The notes under the pieces: model-generated | What the model saw: only the letters and a program-made list of their open reading frames with translations | Told to the model about the DNA's origin: nothing | Databases searched by the model: none | Program-made: the position numbers and the translations under genes | Sequence record: OK040907 | DNA length: 64,000 bases | Strand: one strand, 5' to 3' | Source: Enterobacteria phage Ac3 | Part shown: positions 49,471-58,196 of the stretch, piece by piece | How positions within the stretch are numbered: position 1 is the first letter of the stretch | Layout of the letters: every line of letters starts with the position of its first letter

Positions 49471-50495
49471 TAGTTCAGTGCATTTAATGCATTGTTCAGT
49501 TTAGAACGTTGCTTCGTGAGATTTTTGACTTTTTCTTGTGCTTTTTCTAGCATCTTTTCAGCTTCTAACACTTCATTGGTCGCTTTAACGAGTTCATCAT
49601 CTACTGCCTTGATAGACTTCTCAATCGCATCCGCGTGCCATTTTTCAACAGGTTTAAGACTCGGATTTTCAATAGGAAGAAAATTCACTTTATTGAATTT
49701 CCATGCATCCTTATTACCTGAACTATACATCCAAAATTTAGGATCGTTTGATGAGTAATTGGATAAATTTAAATTTAAGTTATCTTGCACTTCCTGCTTC
49801 TTCTCTTGCGTGACTTCGTCCTTTCTCAAAAAATCATATTTAAATGAAACAATCATATCAAGTTCATATGTTGTTGTGTCTAATTTAAATCGTTCGAAAT
49901 GCTGTGAAATCTTAGACCGAACAGCGGCAACAACATCCATATACTTAAATGCTTCTGTCAACTGTGATTTAAGGCATTCACAAATTGAAAGAGAATTTTT
50001 TGTATTAGGTTTAAAGCTAATTCGTGCAGTTCTATTATTTTCTTTTAATGGTCTTACTTCCATCTGAAGAGTATAACCATCAAATTTCAAGTTCTTTAAG
50101 TTAATATCAGAACCTTTTAATCGACTAGCAGTTGATAAAATTTGCTTTAATTGTCTACGGAACAGAGCAATAAATCTCCATTCAATACGATAATGATTTG
50201 GATTGAAAAATCCAGATGATAAATCGACCTTACTCTGACCAACACCTTGAACAAATAGAGGATTTTTATAATCAATAGTTTTACAGAAATCGGTGAGCTG
50301 CTCACGAGCAGTCATTTGTGTAATATATCCCGCTTTACTAAAATGACGTAACCATTCACTGCTATTCATATACTTAAAGTGAATGGAACTATTAACTCTA
50401 TCAGGGTCTAAATTATTTTGGCACAAAAATGTCATAACATCACGAGTATAGCTGGCATTACGAACCATATCTTCAATTTGAGAACGAGTTTTCAT
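49470..50495 (-). CDS. hypothetical protein with C-terminal coiled coil (array member 3)
   Basis: 341-aa ORF. Confidence 0.55.
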   Translation of the reverse strand: MKTRSQIEDMVRNASYTRDVMTFLCQNNLDPDRVNSSIHFKYMNSSEWLRHFSKAGYITQMTAREQLTDFCKTIDYKNPLFVQGVGQSKVDLSSGFFNPNHYRIEWRFIALFRRQLKQILSTASRLKGSDINLKNLKFDGYTLQMEVRPLKENNRTARISFKPNTKNSLSICECLKSQLTEAFKYMDVVAAVRSKISQHFERFKLDTTTYELDMIVSFKYDFLRKDEVTQEKKQEVQDNLNLNLSNYSSNDPKFWMYSSGNKDAWKFNKVNFLPIENPSLKPVEKWHADAIEKSIKAVDDELVKATNEVLEAEKMLEKAQEKVKNLTKQRSKLNNALNALN

Positions 50496-50503
50496 AGTGT
50501 TCC

Positions 50504-51409
50504 TTAAGATTTAAGTAAATCAACAATTTTAATTAATTTTTCACGCTCAGATTTAGCTTTATTACTCAATCCAGATAGTCTGAAAATTTCATCGTCATAC
50601 TGTTGAATAGAAATATTCAGCTCTTCAATTTGCTTATTAAAATAATCAATTTGCTCAGAATGTTTTTCGTTACTACGAACTGGTACAGGGTTTGTAGGCA
50701 ATTTAGTTAAACTGGATTCATCCGGGCGATAAATTAAAATGCAATTTGAACCAATCGGGCATTTAGCACCAGATGAATATTCTAACGTTCCAGCTTCTTT
50801 TAAAACTTCAAAAGCTAAACAGAGATGATGCCCCATATTAACATAATCTGTAGAGTGAGCTCTGACGTAATAATCATCTCCACGAGTACTAAATTTAAAG
50901 CATTTAAGGTCTTCTGTATTATTAGTTTTAAAAATCATTTGTTTATCTAGACCTTTAGCCAATCGAGCACCTAATGCTAATAATCGTCGTTGATTTTCCC
51001 ACAAATCCGCAATCATTTGATCGAATGACAATTTCGGCATTAGTCGACCATAAAGGTCATATCCTTTATTATAATTGCGAAGAATTTCACTCGCGTTAAT
51101 GCGAGACAATGCTCCAATTTTATTAAGGGCTTTCATGATGCGATTAGATAAACTCATTCCAGACCCATTTGTTCGCTGTAAATGTTTTTCTAATCCAAAC
51201 CCAATATCAACTTTAAATTTATCTAAAATTTCAGCATGAACATCTCTGTCAATAACATTCAAATCCAAAGTTGGGTTAAATCTATGAAAAAATTTATCTG
51301 GCTCTCCACGACGAAATACAGTCCATTCATTCATCATTTTTTTATTAACTAAAGATTTAATTACTGCATTGACATTATTAATTACTACTGACATATTTTT
51401 CTCACTCAA
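50504..51409 (-). CDS. hypothetical protein with C-terminal coiled coil (array member 4)
   Basis: 301-aa ORF. Confidence 0.55.
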   Translation of the reverse strand: MSEKNMSVVINNVNAVIKSLVNKKMMNEWTVFRRGEPDKFFHRFNPTLDLNVIDRDVHAEILDKFKVDIGFGLEKHLQRTNGSGMSLSNRIMKALNKIGALSRINASEILRNYNKGYDLYGRLMPKLSFDQMIADLWENQRRLLALGARLAKGLDKQMIFKTNNTEDLKCFKFSTRGDDYYVRAHSTDYVNMGHHLCLAFEVLKEAGTLEYSSGAKCPIGSNCILIYRPDESSLTKLPTNPVPVRSNEKHSEQIDYFNKQIEELNISIQQYDDEIFRLSGLSNKAKSEREKLIKIVDLLKS

Positions 51410-51810
51410 TTTTCAATTTTACTAAATACACAGAATATGATGGAAAAGACTATATAAGCACCGCACACAGATTGAACTAATACCATTCCAAAGAACCAAA
51501 TAATATTATCAAACAGTGTCTGTTTTACGTCGAAAGGACGTAAACTTACAGTAATATTATCACCTTTTTCTATTGAAGAATACATCTCTGGTGAAATATA
51601 TTCACTAAATCTATAACCGTCTTTGAGTTCATATACAGCAATAAACGATAAACTAGACCCCTTTCCTTGAGTTCCTGTAAGGGTATTAACTACAGTAACA
51701 TCATAATCTTTATAATGCATATAATCATTAATTGCGTAATAACCATATGCAACTACTACACATAAACAACATATCAATAAATTCAATCTTTTAATTATCA
51801 ACTGTTTCAT
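51406..51810 (-). CDS. membrane protein
   Basis: 134-aa ORF with N- and C-terminal hydrophobic helices. Confidence 0.5.
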   Translation of the reverse strand: MKQLIIKRLNLLICCLCVVVAYGYYAINDYMHYKDYDVTVVNTLTGTQGKGSSLSFIAVYELKDGYRFSEYISPEMYSSIEKGDNITVSLRPFDVKQTLFDNIIWFFGMVLVQSVCGAYIVFSIIFCVFSKIEN

Positions 51811-51840
51811 AATAATCTCAATTAAAAGGGCTTAGAACCA

Positions 51841-51860
51841 TTATACCATCCTTGGTATAA
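51841..51860 (-). terminator. hairpin (8-bp stem)
   Basis: plus ttatacca-tcct-tggtataa. Confidence 0.4.
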
Positions 51861-51865
51861 AGCGG

Positions 51866-52393
51866 TTATGCGAGTACCGTCTTTAACCGTTCTTCAAACT
51901 TCCGAAGAGTATTCTGGCGTTCAGCTCTTTGCTTTTTGTAAGTTTCAATACGCTCTGAAATGAGATTGTATCGTTCATTTACTGTTTCTTTCATAAAATC
52001 AGGAATTTCACGAGAAGCTTTAATCTCGTCAAATTTATCAATAACAGCTTGCTCTTCAGCAATTAAGTTATCATACATCAAAATATCTTTCTTGATGAAC
52101 TCAATATCTTCTTGAGTTACACGAGATAACTTAGATGCTTTATCCTTTTTGTACTGTTCGTTAGTATCACGAGACCAGTGTAATGTACGATTTTTATTCG
52201 TATTCTTGTAAATTTCTACAATACCAATCTCATCGATAATAACGATCCAATTCCAACGGGATTTGTAAATTTGTCCTCCATCAACAGTGATTTCACCACC
52301 GATTGAGACATCATTAAAGAACTTGCTTTGAGCTTCAGATTTAAATTTACCATCATTGTAGTTTACCAAGTTGAAAATATCTTTAGCATTCAT
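51866..52393 (-). CDS. hypothetical protein
   Basis: 175-aa ORF with GGAGG RBS and conserved leader. Confidence 0.5.
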   Translation of the reverse strand: MNAKDIFNLVNYNDGKFKSEAQSKFFNDVSIGGEITVDGGQIYKSRWNWIVIIDEIGIVEIYKNTNKNRTLHWSRDTNEQYKKDKASKLSRVTQEDIEFIKKDILMYDNLIAEEQAVIDKFDEIKASREIPDFMKETVNERYNLISERIETYKKQRAERQNTLRKFEERLKTVLA

Positions 52394-52421
52394 TTTCTGT
52401 TCCTCCGTAGTTGATAGTTGT

Positions 52422-52451
52422 ATAGTATCACAGAGGAACAGTCTTGTAAAC
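52422..52451 (-). promoter_or_regulatory. early promoter (GTTTAC - 18 nt - TACTAT) with conserved leader
   Basis: plus atagta 52422-52427, gtaaac 52446-52451. Confidence 0.55.
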
Positions 52452-52453
52452 CA

Positions 52454-52768
52454 CTAAAAGAAACTTCTTTCACAATTTTTTCCACTGAACCACGCGCTCA
52501 CTGCTTTCTTAGTCTCAGGAGCAGTGTTATCCATAAACCATTCAAAGGCAGCCTTTTTATGATTCTGGAGGGCTTCTCGGGCTTTAATCTGCTCACGGTC
52601 TATTAACACTAACATATGAGCCTTTCTTGTCACCAGGGGCTTCTTATGATTTTTTGAATATTCCCAATCATTTGTCCATCGCATTGTTGTTGCGAACTGA
52701 AATACTGCTTCTTTAATTTTAGTTTCATAAATTTCACGAGCCTTTGAGTATAACATCATTACCTCCAT
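52454..52768 (-). CDS. hypothetical protein
   Basis: 104-aa ORF. Confidence 0.45.
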   Translation of the reverse strand: MEVMMLYSKAREIYETKIKEAVFQFATTMRWTNDWEYSKNHKKPLVTRKAHMLVLIDREQIKAREALQNHKKAAFEWFMDNTAPETKKAVSAWFSGKNCERSFF

Positions 52769-52838
52769 TTACCAGTTTAATTCTAGTCATCTTTTTGATG
52801 GCAGTCCATATAATCTATTTCTGAACTGCCTTTTTGTC

Positions 52839-53558
52839 TTAGGATTCTTCTAAATGTCTTTTCTGAAAAGTTGATACCATACTACGATACGGTTCATTTG
52901 GATATCCGTGTTTTATAGCTTCCTTTGTAAATTTTCTCCATCCATATTTAGTTTCTTTCCAAAGCTCGAATAATTCATCTTCATATTGCCATATAGTTAA
53001 ATGAGAACGCTTTGCAGCTTTAATTCCATTAATATGCTTTTCTTTTACTACAGGATTGCTTAGTTTCTTTTTAATAATATTACTAACTTTTCTAACAAAA
53101 ACTGGGTCCTTATATCGTTGCGAAGTTTTTATTGAAGTGTTTAATTTAGCTTCCGGCGTGGATGTGACCTCTTTCATCTTTTTCTTCATATGCTGTATAT
53201 GATTAGGATTTTTCCATAAATTTATAGAATGCTTTTTGCATTTTATCCTAGTTTCATCTGCAACCTTTCCTCCTTCACCCCCGTATGACAGGTTAACACA
53301 GTTTTTTCCATATTTCAATTTACCTGCCATGATATATAATATTTCAGCTTGTACCATTTTATCATAATTATCAAAAACTTCTAAAACCGTTTTTGATAAT
53401 ATGTGGTCATTTGACACTTTTACACGTTCTATATAATTTCCACTACCAACATACGAATCATTGATGTTATTAGTTATATGTCGACCATAATAGTATTTCT
53501 TAATACCTGTCTTTAAATTTAATATTTCAGTTTTATAGATAGTAAAATATTTTTTCAT
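52839..53558 (-). CDS. putative GIY-YIG (Seg-like) homing endonuclease
   Basis: 239-aa ORF with N-terminal YYYGRH...SYVGSG motif and basic C-terminal half. Confidence 0.5.
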   Translation of the reverse strand: MKKYFTIYKTEILNLKTGIKKYYYGRHITNNINDSYVGSGNYIERVKVSNDHILSKTVLEVFDNYDKMVQAEILYIMAGKLKYGKNCVNLSYGGEGGKVADETRIKCKKHSINLWKNPNHIQHMKKKMKEVTSTPEAKLNTSIKTSQRYKDPVFVRKVSNIIKKKLSNPVVKEKHINGIKAAKRSHLTIWQYEDELFELWKETKYGWRKFTKEAIKHGYPNEPYRSMVSTFQKRHLEES

Positions 53559-54523
53559 TTTAATAATACCGTTTCAGCGATTTCTTCCCAACCGTTTTTG
53601 TCGGTCATAATAAAGTCAGCAAGATAAAGTGCAGTACGCAGTGAAACATTACGTAAACGATTAACATTGACTTTCATCCATGATAATGCTTTATAAGTTT
53701 CTTCATCAGAAAGACCGCGCTTTTGCATCATGTCGGTTGAAAGAATAACATCTTCAACCCTGACCATAATTTCTTCATTAGTGTGAACACCCAAATCCAA
53801 ATAAACTGAGCGGGACACTAATGCTTGTAAATGTGGAGCAAGTTTAGTACCACGGTCTAATTCGCGGTCAATGTCAACGTTTGTGATAAAAACAATCGTT
53901 CCTTTAAATTCAAACTCACGCTCAATGCCTTTTTCTTCTAAGTAAGAAGATGCGGTGCTCCAGCAGACTTTACGGGTCTCTCCAGTGTCCAGAGCAGCTT
54001 TCAGAAGATTAAGAATGTCCATATCAGAGAAAACATCCACATCATCAATCAAAAGGACAGAATTCTCTTCACGATTATTCCAAAGCTGTTCATAAAGACC
54101 AATACCAGAGATTTTACCATTAATGCTTTTATACTCAATGTATCCAATATCATTTGCTTTATTTAAAGCTTTATCTAAAGAATACGTTTTACCAATACCT
54201 GCTGCTCCCGAGATAATTAATGAACGAATGTTTCCGTTAATAATACCATTCGTCATCATTCCCATAACATTAAATCTTTTATTAATGCGGGTTTTCATAT
54301 CTTCATACGATTCTTTAACTTCTTCAACTTTTACACCATCATATGAAATGTCTGATTTGTAAACCCAAACACCGCGACGCTTACCGTCAATTTCAACAAA
54401 AACTTTACCATCTCCTTGTGCATCTACCGGAGCATTATCTGGGAACCATTCGCCTAAGAGCTCAAAAGTTCCAGAGATTTCTTTACCGAAGTAGATACCC
54501 TTATTGATAGTTACAGTTTTCAT
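53555..54523 (-). CDS. P-loop NTPase
   Basis: 322 aa from Met MKTVTINKG; Walker A GAAGIGKT and Walker B LLIDDVD. Confidence 0.55.
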   Translation of the reverse strand: MKTVTINKGIYFGKEISGTFELLGEWFPDNAPVDAQGDGKVFVEIDGKRRGVWVYKSDISYDGVKVEEVKESYEDMKTRINKRFNVMGMMTNGIINGNIRSLIISGAAGIGKTYSLDKALNKANDIGYIEYKSINGKISGIGLYEQLWNNREENSVLLIDDVDVFSDMDILNLLKAALDTGETRKVCWSTASSYLEEKGIEREFEFKGTIVFITNVDIDRELDRGTKLAPHLQALVSRSVYLDLGVHTNEEIMVRVEDVILSTDMMQKRGLSDEETYKALSWMKVNVNRLRNVSLRTALYLADFIMTDKNGWEEIAETVLLK

Positions 54524-54557
54524 TTTATTCTCCAAATCTGTATCAGTTGATAGTTGT

Positions 54558-54587
54558 ATAGTACCATAAAGCTTTATGCTTGTAAAC
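54558..54587 (-). promoter_or_regulatory. early promoter (GTTTAC - 18 nt - TACTAT) with conserved leader
   Basis: plus atagta 54558-54563, gtaaac 54582-54587. Confidence 0.55.
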
Positions 54588-54616
54588 AACTTTGTGAAAA
54601 ATTTTTGAAATAAAAA

Positions 54617-54636
54617 AGGGAGCCCGAAGGCTCCCT
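54617..54636 (-). terminator. hairpin with UUCG tetraloop 3' of the nucleotidyltransferase gene
   Basis: plus agggagcc-cgaa-ggctccct. Confidence 0.5.
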
Positions 54637-54637
54637 A

Positions 54638-55648
54638 TTACTTATAGTAGGAGCGGTGGTTCTCCAGGTAAACTTTTTCCAGAAAGTCATCCCAGAAACC
54701 CATGTCAACCTTTTGCTGCATGCCATTCTTGGATGCTTCCGTGCTCGCAGCCTCCACCTGATCAACTACGTCCTCGAGGAATTCCTGCACGGTTTTGAAC
54801 GGGTGCTTGCCCAGTTTGACATCCAGGATAAACGGCGCATCCTGCAGTGGGTAGATCAGGTCGCCGGTTTTGTAAATTTCCAGGAGCTGCAGGCCACCGC
54901 GGCATGCATGGGACAGAGCTTTCCAGTCGATGCCTTCGTTTGCCTCTGCTTTGCGGGCGCGTTCGCCGTATTCAGCATCCAGTTTATTCAGGGATTGTTT
55001 CAGTTCGATCAGGCTCAGGGTAGTCTGATATTTACGACCCAGCACCGTATAGAAAGTTTGCGGGCCGGTTTTTTCGTGGTTGTGAAACACCCATTCACAG
55101 AATTCGTTTTCCGGCAGGCGGTGTTTGATATCTTCGATTTTGGTACGGCGTTGACCCTGAGTGCCGTCTTCGCGATAAACGTTGCGCTGGTCCGGGATCT
55201 GATTCACGACTTTCAGGACGTCGCGCAGAGCGGCCAGACGGGAGCCCTTAACACCATATTTAGAGGCTTGTTTGCGTACATAGCCCAGGTAAGATTTCAT
55301 ATTGGTAGTGTAGAAGCGGCTGCGGTTGTCCTGAATGAATTTCCAAACGTCAGGCAGATCGCTCTTAACCACCAGTTCTGGCGGCGTATGCAGCATGTCG
55401 AGTGCCACGGTCTCACCGTCCGCAGCCAGTTTGAAAAAATACTTGAGGCTATACAGTTCGTGGTCGATGTCATCTTTGGTATTCTTGCTAGAGGTATTGT
55501 TGGTGTTTTTAGACATGTGTTCTTTCACGTTGCCGATCAGAATGTCACGTGCCGGTGGCACGAAGATCTCTTTGAAGTCGACATCGCTTTCCGGGGTGGA
55601 AGTGCCGTACAGGTGGCTGCCAAAGTAGGATTTCATCACAGTCTTCAT
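54638..55648 (-). CDS. Pol-beta-superfamily nucleotidyltransferase-like protein; codon-optimised-looking
   Basis: 336-aa ORF with N-terminal GS-x11-DVD motif (YFGSHLYGTSTPESDVDF) and candidate third acidic residue in ALDMLH; ctg/ccg/cgt-rich DNA. Confidence 0.55.
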   Translation of the reverse strand: MKTVMKSYFGSHLYGTSTPESDVDFKEIFVPPARDILIGNVKEHMSKNTNNTSSKNTKDDIDHELYSLKYFFKLAADGETVALDMLHTPPELVVKSDLPDVWKFIQDNRSRFYTTNMKSYLGYVRKQASKYGVKGSRLAALRDVLKVVNQIPDQRNVYREDGTQGQRRTKIEDIKHRLPENEFCEWVFHNHEKTGPQTFYTVLGRKYQTTLSLIELKQSLNKLDAEYGERARKAEANEGIDWKALSHACRGGLQLLEIYKTGDLIYPLQDAPFILDVKLGKHPFKTVQEFLEDVVDQVEAASTEASKNGMQQKVDMGFWDDFLEKVYLENHRSYYK

Positions 55649-56109
55649 TATTCAGCTTTGTATTCGATCACCGGACACACTTTCGCTTTGCGCGCTTTCA
55701 GGAACTCAACAATGATAGATTTCTTCGGTTGGATTGGCGGCAGGCCTTTGTAAGCGCGATCGATGTTTTCAACGTGCAGCGCGTAATCTTTCTTCCATTT
55801 GTAGTCTTTGTATTTCTCACGCAGGTGCGCCGGAATCACGAAGGAGCCGATAATCAGGAGAACCACCAGGAGTGCCAGAATGAACGCGGATGGCAGGAGG
55901 GTCCACAGGCTACCGAAGATCAGCCAGCGCTGCAGGGATTCAGCACAGATAATAGTCAGACCAACCAGGATGGCACAACCGAAGATGGAAACGAAAAACG
56001 TCGGGATGGCGATAGACCAGAAGTACGCGCACAGGGTTTTAGGGCGCTGCCACTCGTCGTTAAACAGTTTGAACAGCTTATAGTGCCAAGAGTTTTCATT
56101 AATGATCAT
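55648..56109 (-). CDS. two-transmembrane-helix membrane protein; codon-optimised-looking
   Basis: 153-aa ORF with two long hydrophobic segments; TAATG overlap with the nucleotidyltransferase gene; native RBS upstream. Confidence 0.55.
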   Translation of the reverse strand: MIINENSWHYKLFKLFNDEWQRPKTLCAYFWSIAIPTFFVSIFGCAILVGLTIICAESLQRWLIFGSLWTLLPSAFILALLVVLLIIGSFVIPAHLREKYKDYKWKKDYALHVENIDRAYKGLPPIQPKKSIIVEFLKARKAKVCPVIEYKAE

Positions 56110-56111
56110 AA

Positions 56112-56633
56112 TTATCCTTTCATTGAAGGCGTAACGGTTGTTAAATACTTAATCATAGCTTCAGCTTCTGATTTTGATAATGAAATTTCTCCATTGCTTT
56201 GACGAATAGAAATAAAATCCGGATGACGGTCACCACCAGCTTTTAAAACACACATATAAGTATCAACTTCGCCTTCAATATTTGAAATGATTGAAGCAGT
56301 TCCACATGAATGCGGTTTTTGATAAATCAATACAGCTTTTCTTCCACCATTTGACTGTTCATAGGCTTTTAATACATCAAACAAATCAGTTCTTTTATCA
56401 ATAGCTAAAATGTTATTTTCATCTTCAATGTTAAATCCTTCGGATACTTCATAAAGCGTTACCCATAAATCACCGATGTCAATAACAGCATTTACTTTTC
56501 CACAGCTTTCAAGAGTATGACAAATTTTCTTGATTTCGTCATAACTCATTTTAATAATATCATCTCCTTGGCTAAGAAAGATGTCATTTTTAAATTCAAC
56601 ACGAATTAAACCACTTCCACTTGAAATAAACAT
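56112..56633 (-). CDS. hypothetical protein (paralog pair with 56640-57185)
   Basis: 173-aa ORF; similar C-terminal pattern EA.A.IKYL..V.P.M. Confidence 0.5.
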   Translation of the reverse strand: MFISSGSGLIRVEFKNDIFLSQGDDIIKMSYDEIKKICHTLESCGKVNAVIDIGDLWVTLYEVSEGFNIEDENNILAIDKRTDLFDVLKAYEQSNGGRKAVLIYQKPHSCGTASIISNIEGEVDTYMCVLKAGGDRHPDFISIRQSNGEISLSKSEAEAMIKYLTTVTPSMKG

Positions 56634-56639
56634 ATTTCC

Positions 56640-57185
56640 TCACTTTGAAATCATAGTTGGAATAACAGAATCAAGATAAGTCTTTAGTGCAATAGCTTCG
56701 TCTTTGGTAAATGTAATGATATGTGATCGAAAATCGTCAATTTGACGAATAGATACTACATCTCCCTCTTCATAGCATTTTGACACATTTAAAATAGTTT
56801 CATCATTCTGATTGCAAGCGTTAGTAATAATAGCATTGCAATTTTTAAACCATTTTAAACTATGTTTTCTTTCATTAGAATAATAAAAATATTTAATCTT
56901 ATCTATAAAACTATCCCAATGGATAACTGATAAGCATATTGACTCGCTTTCAATATTAAATCCTGGGCATGAAGAATAAAAATGAATTTTATGCTCATCA
57001 TTAATGCTTACAATTTTATCAGTATAAGGATTTTCAATTTTGGTTAAATGAATGATTTCACTAGGCGTAAAATACAGCATATCGTCTTCTTGTGTCAAAC
57101 GATACATATTATTTACTTTTTCTATAGCCAATTCACCAAAAAGTGAACTAACTTCTAATACTAATCGTTTCGCCTCGCTCATCAT
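56640..57185 (-). CDS. hypothetical protein (paralog pair with 56112-56633)
   Basis: 181-aa ORF. Confidence 0.5.
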   Translation of the reverse strand: MMSEAKRLVLEVSSLFGELAIEKVNNMYRLTQEDDMLYFTPSEIIHLTKIENPYTDKIVSINDEHKIHFYSSCPGFNIESESICLSVIHWDSFIDKIKYFYYSNERKHSLKWFKNCNAIITNACNQNDETILNVSKCYEEGDVVSIRQIDDFRSHIITFTKDEAIALKTYLDSVIPTMISK

Positions 57186-57317
57186 TACATACTCCTTTGA
57201 ACCATATCAATAATGTTATTCACCAGATTATAAGTAAACATTGGGTAATTATATTGAATCATCACATACACAACAAACAAAACTTTCATTCTCTTCTCCT
57301 TGGCAGTTGACAAGATT

Positions 57318-57347
57318 ACTATACCATAACCTTGCCAACTTGTAAAC
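57318..57347 (-). promoter_or_regulatory. early promoter (GTTTAC - 18 nt - TATAGT)
   Basis: plus actata 57318-57323, gtaaac 57342-57347. Confidence 0.5.
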
Positions 57348-57349
57348 CA

Positions 57350-57523
57350 TTAAATGGCGTTTTCAATAAAATTCTGAAGCTTTGTGTGAGCATCAACCAT
57401 GATTTTCATTTCTTCTTTGGCGAAAGCTGTACCTCTTTCCCGAGAAGAACATTCATAGTCAGAAACTGCATTAGCATATTCTTCGATTAGTTTCATTAAA
57501 AACATCTGTTTTTCAGTTTTCAT
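57350..57523 (-). CDS. small hypothetical protein
   Basis: 57-aa ORF below track cutoff (MKTEKQMFLMKLIEEYANAVSDYECSS...). Confidence 0.35.
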   Translation of the reverse strand: MKTEKQMFLMKLIEEYANAVSDYECSSRERGTAFAKEEMKIMVDAHTKLQNFIENAI

Positions 57524-57707
57524 TATTCCACCTAATCATTTCAAGATATTGAACTAACTTAGCTTTAGATTTATCCAAATCCTTTTTAGCTGCTTCTATA
57601 CCGTCGTATGAATATCCTTCACAATGCTCAACTGCTAATTGATATGAATCTATTTCAATATCACGTGCTAATTTAATGATTTTTTCAAACTGTTCGCGTG
57701 TTAGCAT
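57513..57707 (-). CDS. small hypothetical protein
   Basis: 64-aa ORF. Confidence 0.4.
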   Translation of the reverse strand: MLTREQFEKIIKLARDIEIDSYQLAVEHCEGYSYDGIEAAKKDLDKSKAKLVQYLEMIRWNNEN

Positions 57708-57709
57708 AC

Positions 57710-57913
57710 TTACACTCTCGTATTATGATCGATAATTTCATCAAGAAACATATCTAACGCTTCTATAGCATTATCCACTTTAGTTTCAAAGTCTTTAATG
57801 CCTTTATTCGAAATACCCGATGAATACCAAGCAAAGTCAATCAGCTCTTCATCTGCTTTACGAATTGAAGCCACTAATTCCTTGATTTTATCTGCTTGCT
57901 CTATACTAATCAT
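57710..57913 (-). CDS. small hypothetical protein
   Basis: 67 aa from internal Met [11 protein letters not shown]; ATGA overlap with upstream gene. Confidence 0.4.
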   Translation of the reverse strand: MISIEQADKIKELVASIRKADEELIDFAWYSSGISNKGIKDFETKVDNAIEALDMFLDEIIDHNTRV

Positions 57914-58101
57914 TATTCCACCACATATGACAGAGAGAATATTGCACACGCCATGTGAGTTGCAACTTCATCACACATATTATAACGTTTCTTAAGAAGT
58001 TCTACAAGTTCTTCACTAGTAACTTCATCCATGTCGACGAAAAAATCACCATTAATGATGACGTAGATATTTCCTTCTTGATTGAGTGCTTCAATTTTCA
58101 T
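57913..58101 (-). CDS. small hypothetical protein
   Basis: 62 aa from Met [10 protein letters not shown] with AAGAGGAG RBS; downstream of promoter 58130-58159. Confidence 0.4.
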
Positions 58102-58129
58102 GATGTTCTCCTCTTTATCTGATAGTTGT

Positions 58130-58159
58130 ATAGTATCACAGCTCAAACGGAAAGTAAAC
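58130..58159 (-). promoter_or_regulatory. early promoter (GTTTAC - 18 nt - TACTAT) with conserved leader
   Basis: plus atagta 58130-58135, gtaaac 58154-58159. Confidence 0.55.
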
Positions 58160-58174
58160 CGGTAAAATGAAAAA

Positions 58175-58192
58175 AGTCTCCCGAAGGAGACT
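58175..58192 (-). terminator. hairpin with UUCG tetraloop
   Basis: plus agtctcc-cgaa-ggagact. Confidence 0.5.
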
Positions 58193-58196
58193 AATG

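Noticed and set aside
54656-55753. 365-aa plus-strand ORF
   Set aside because: Antisense shadow across the recoded nucleotidyltransferase/2-TM island; no RBS and a low-complexity product.
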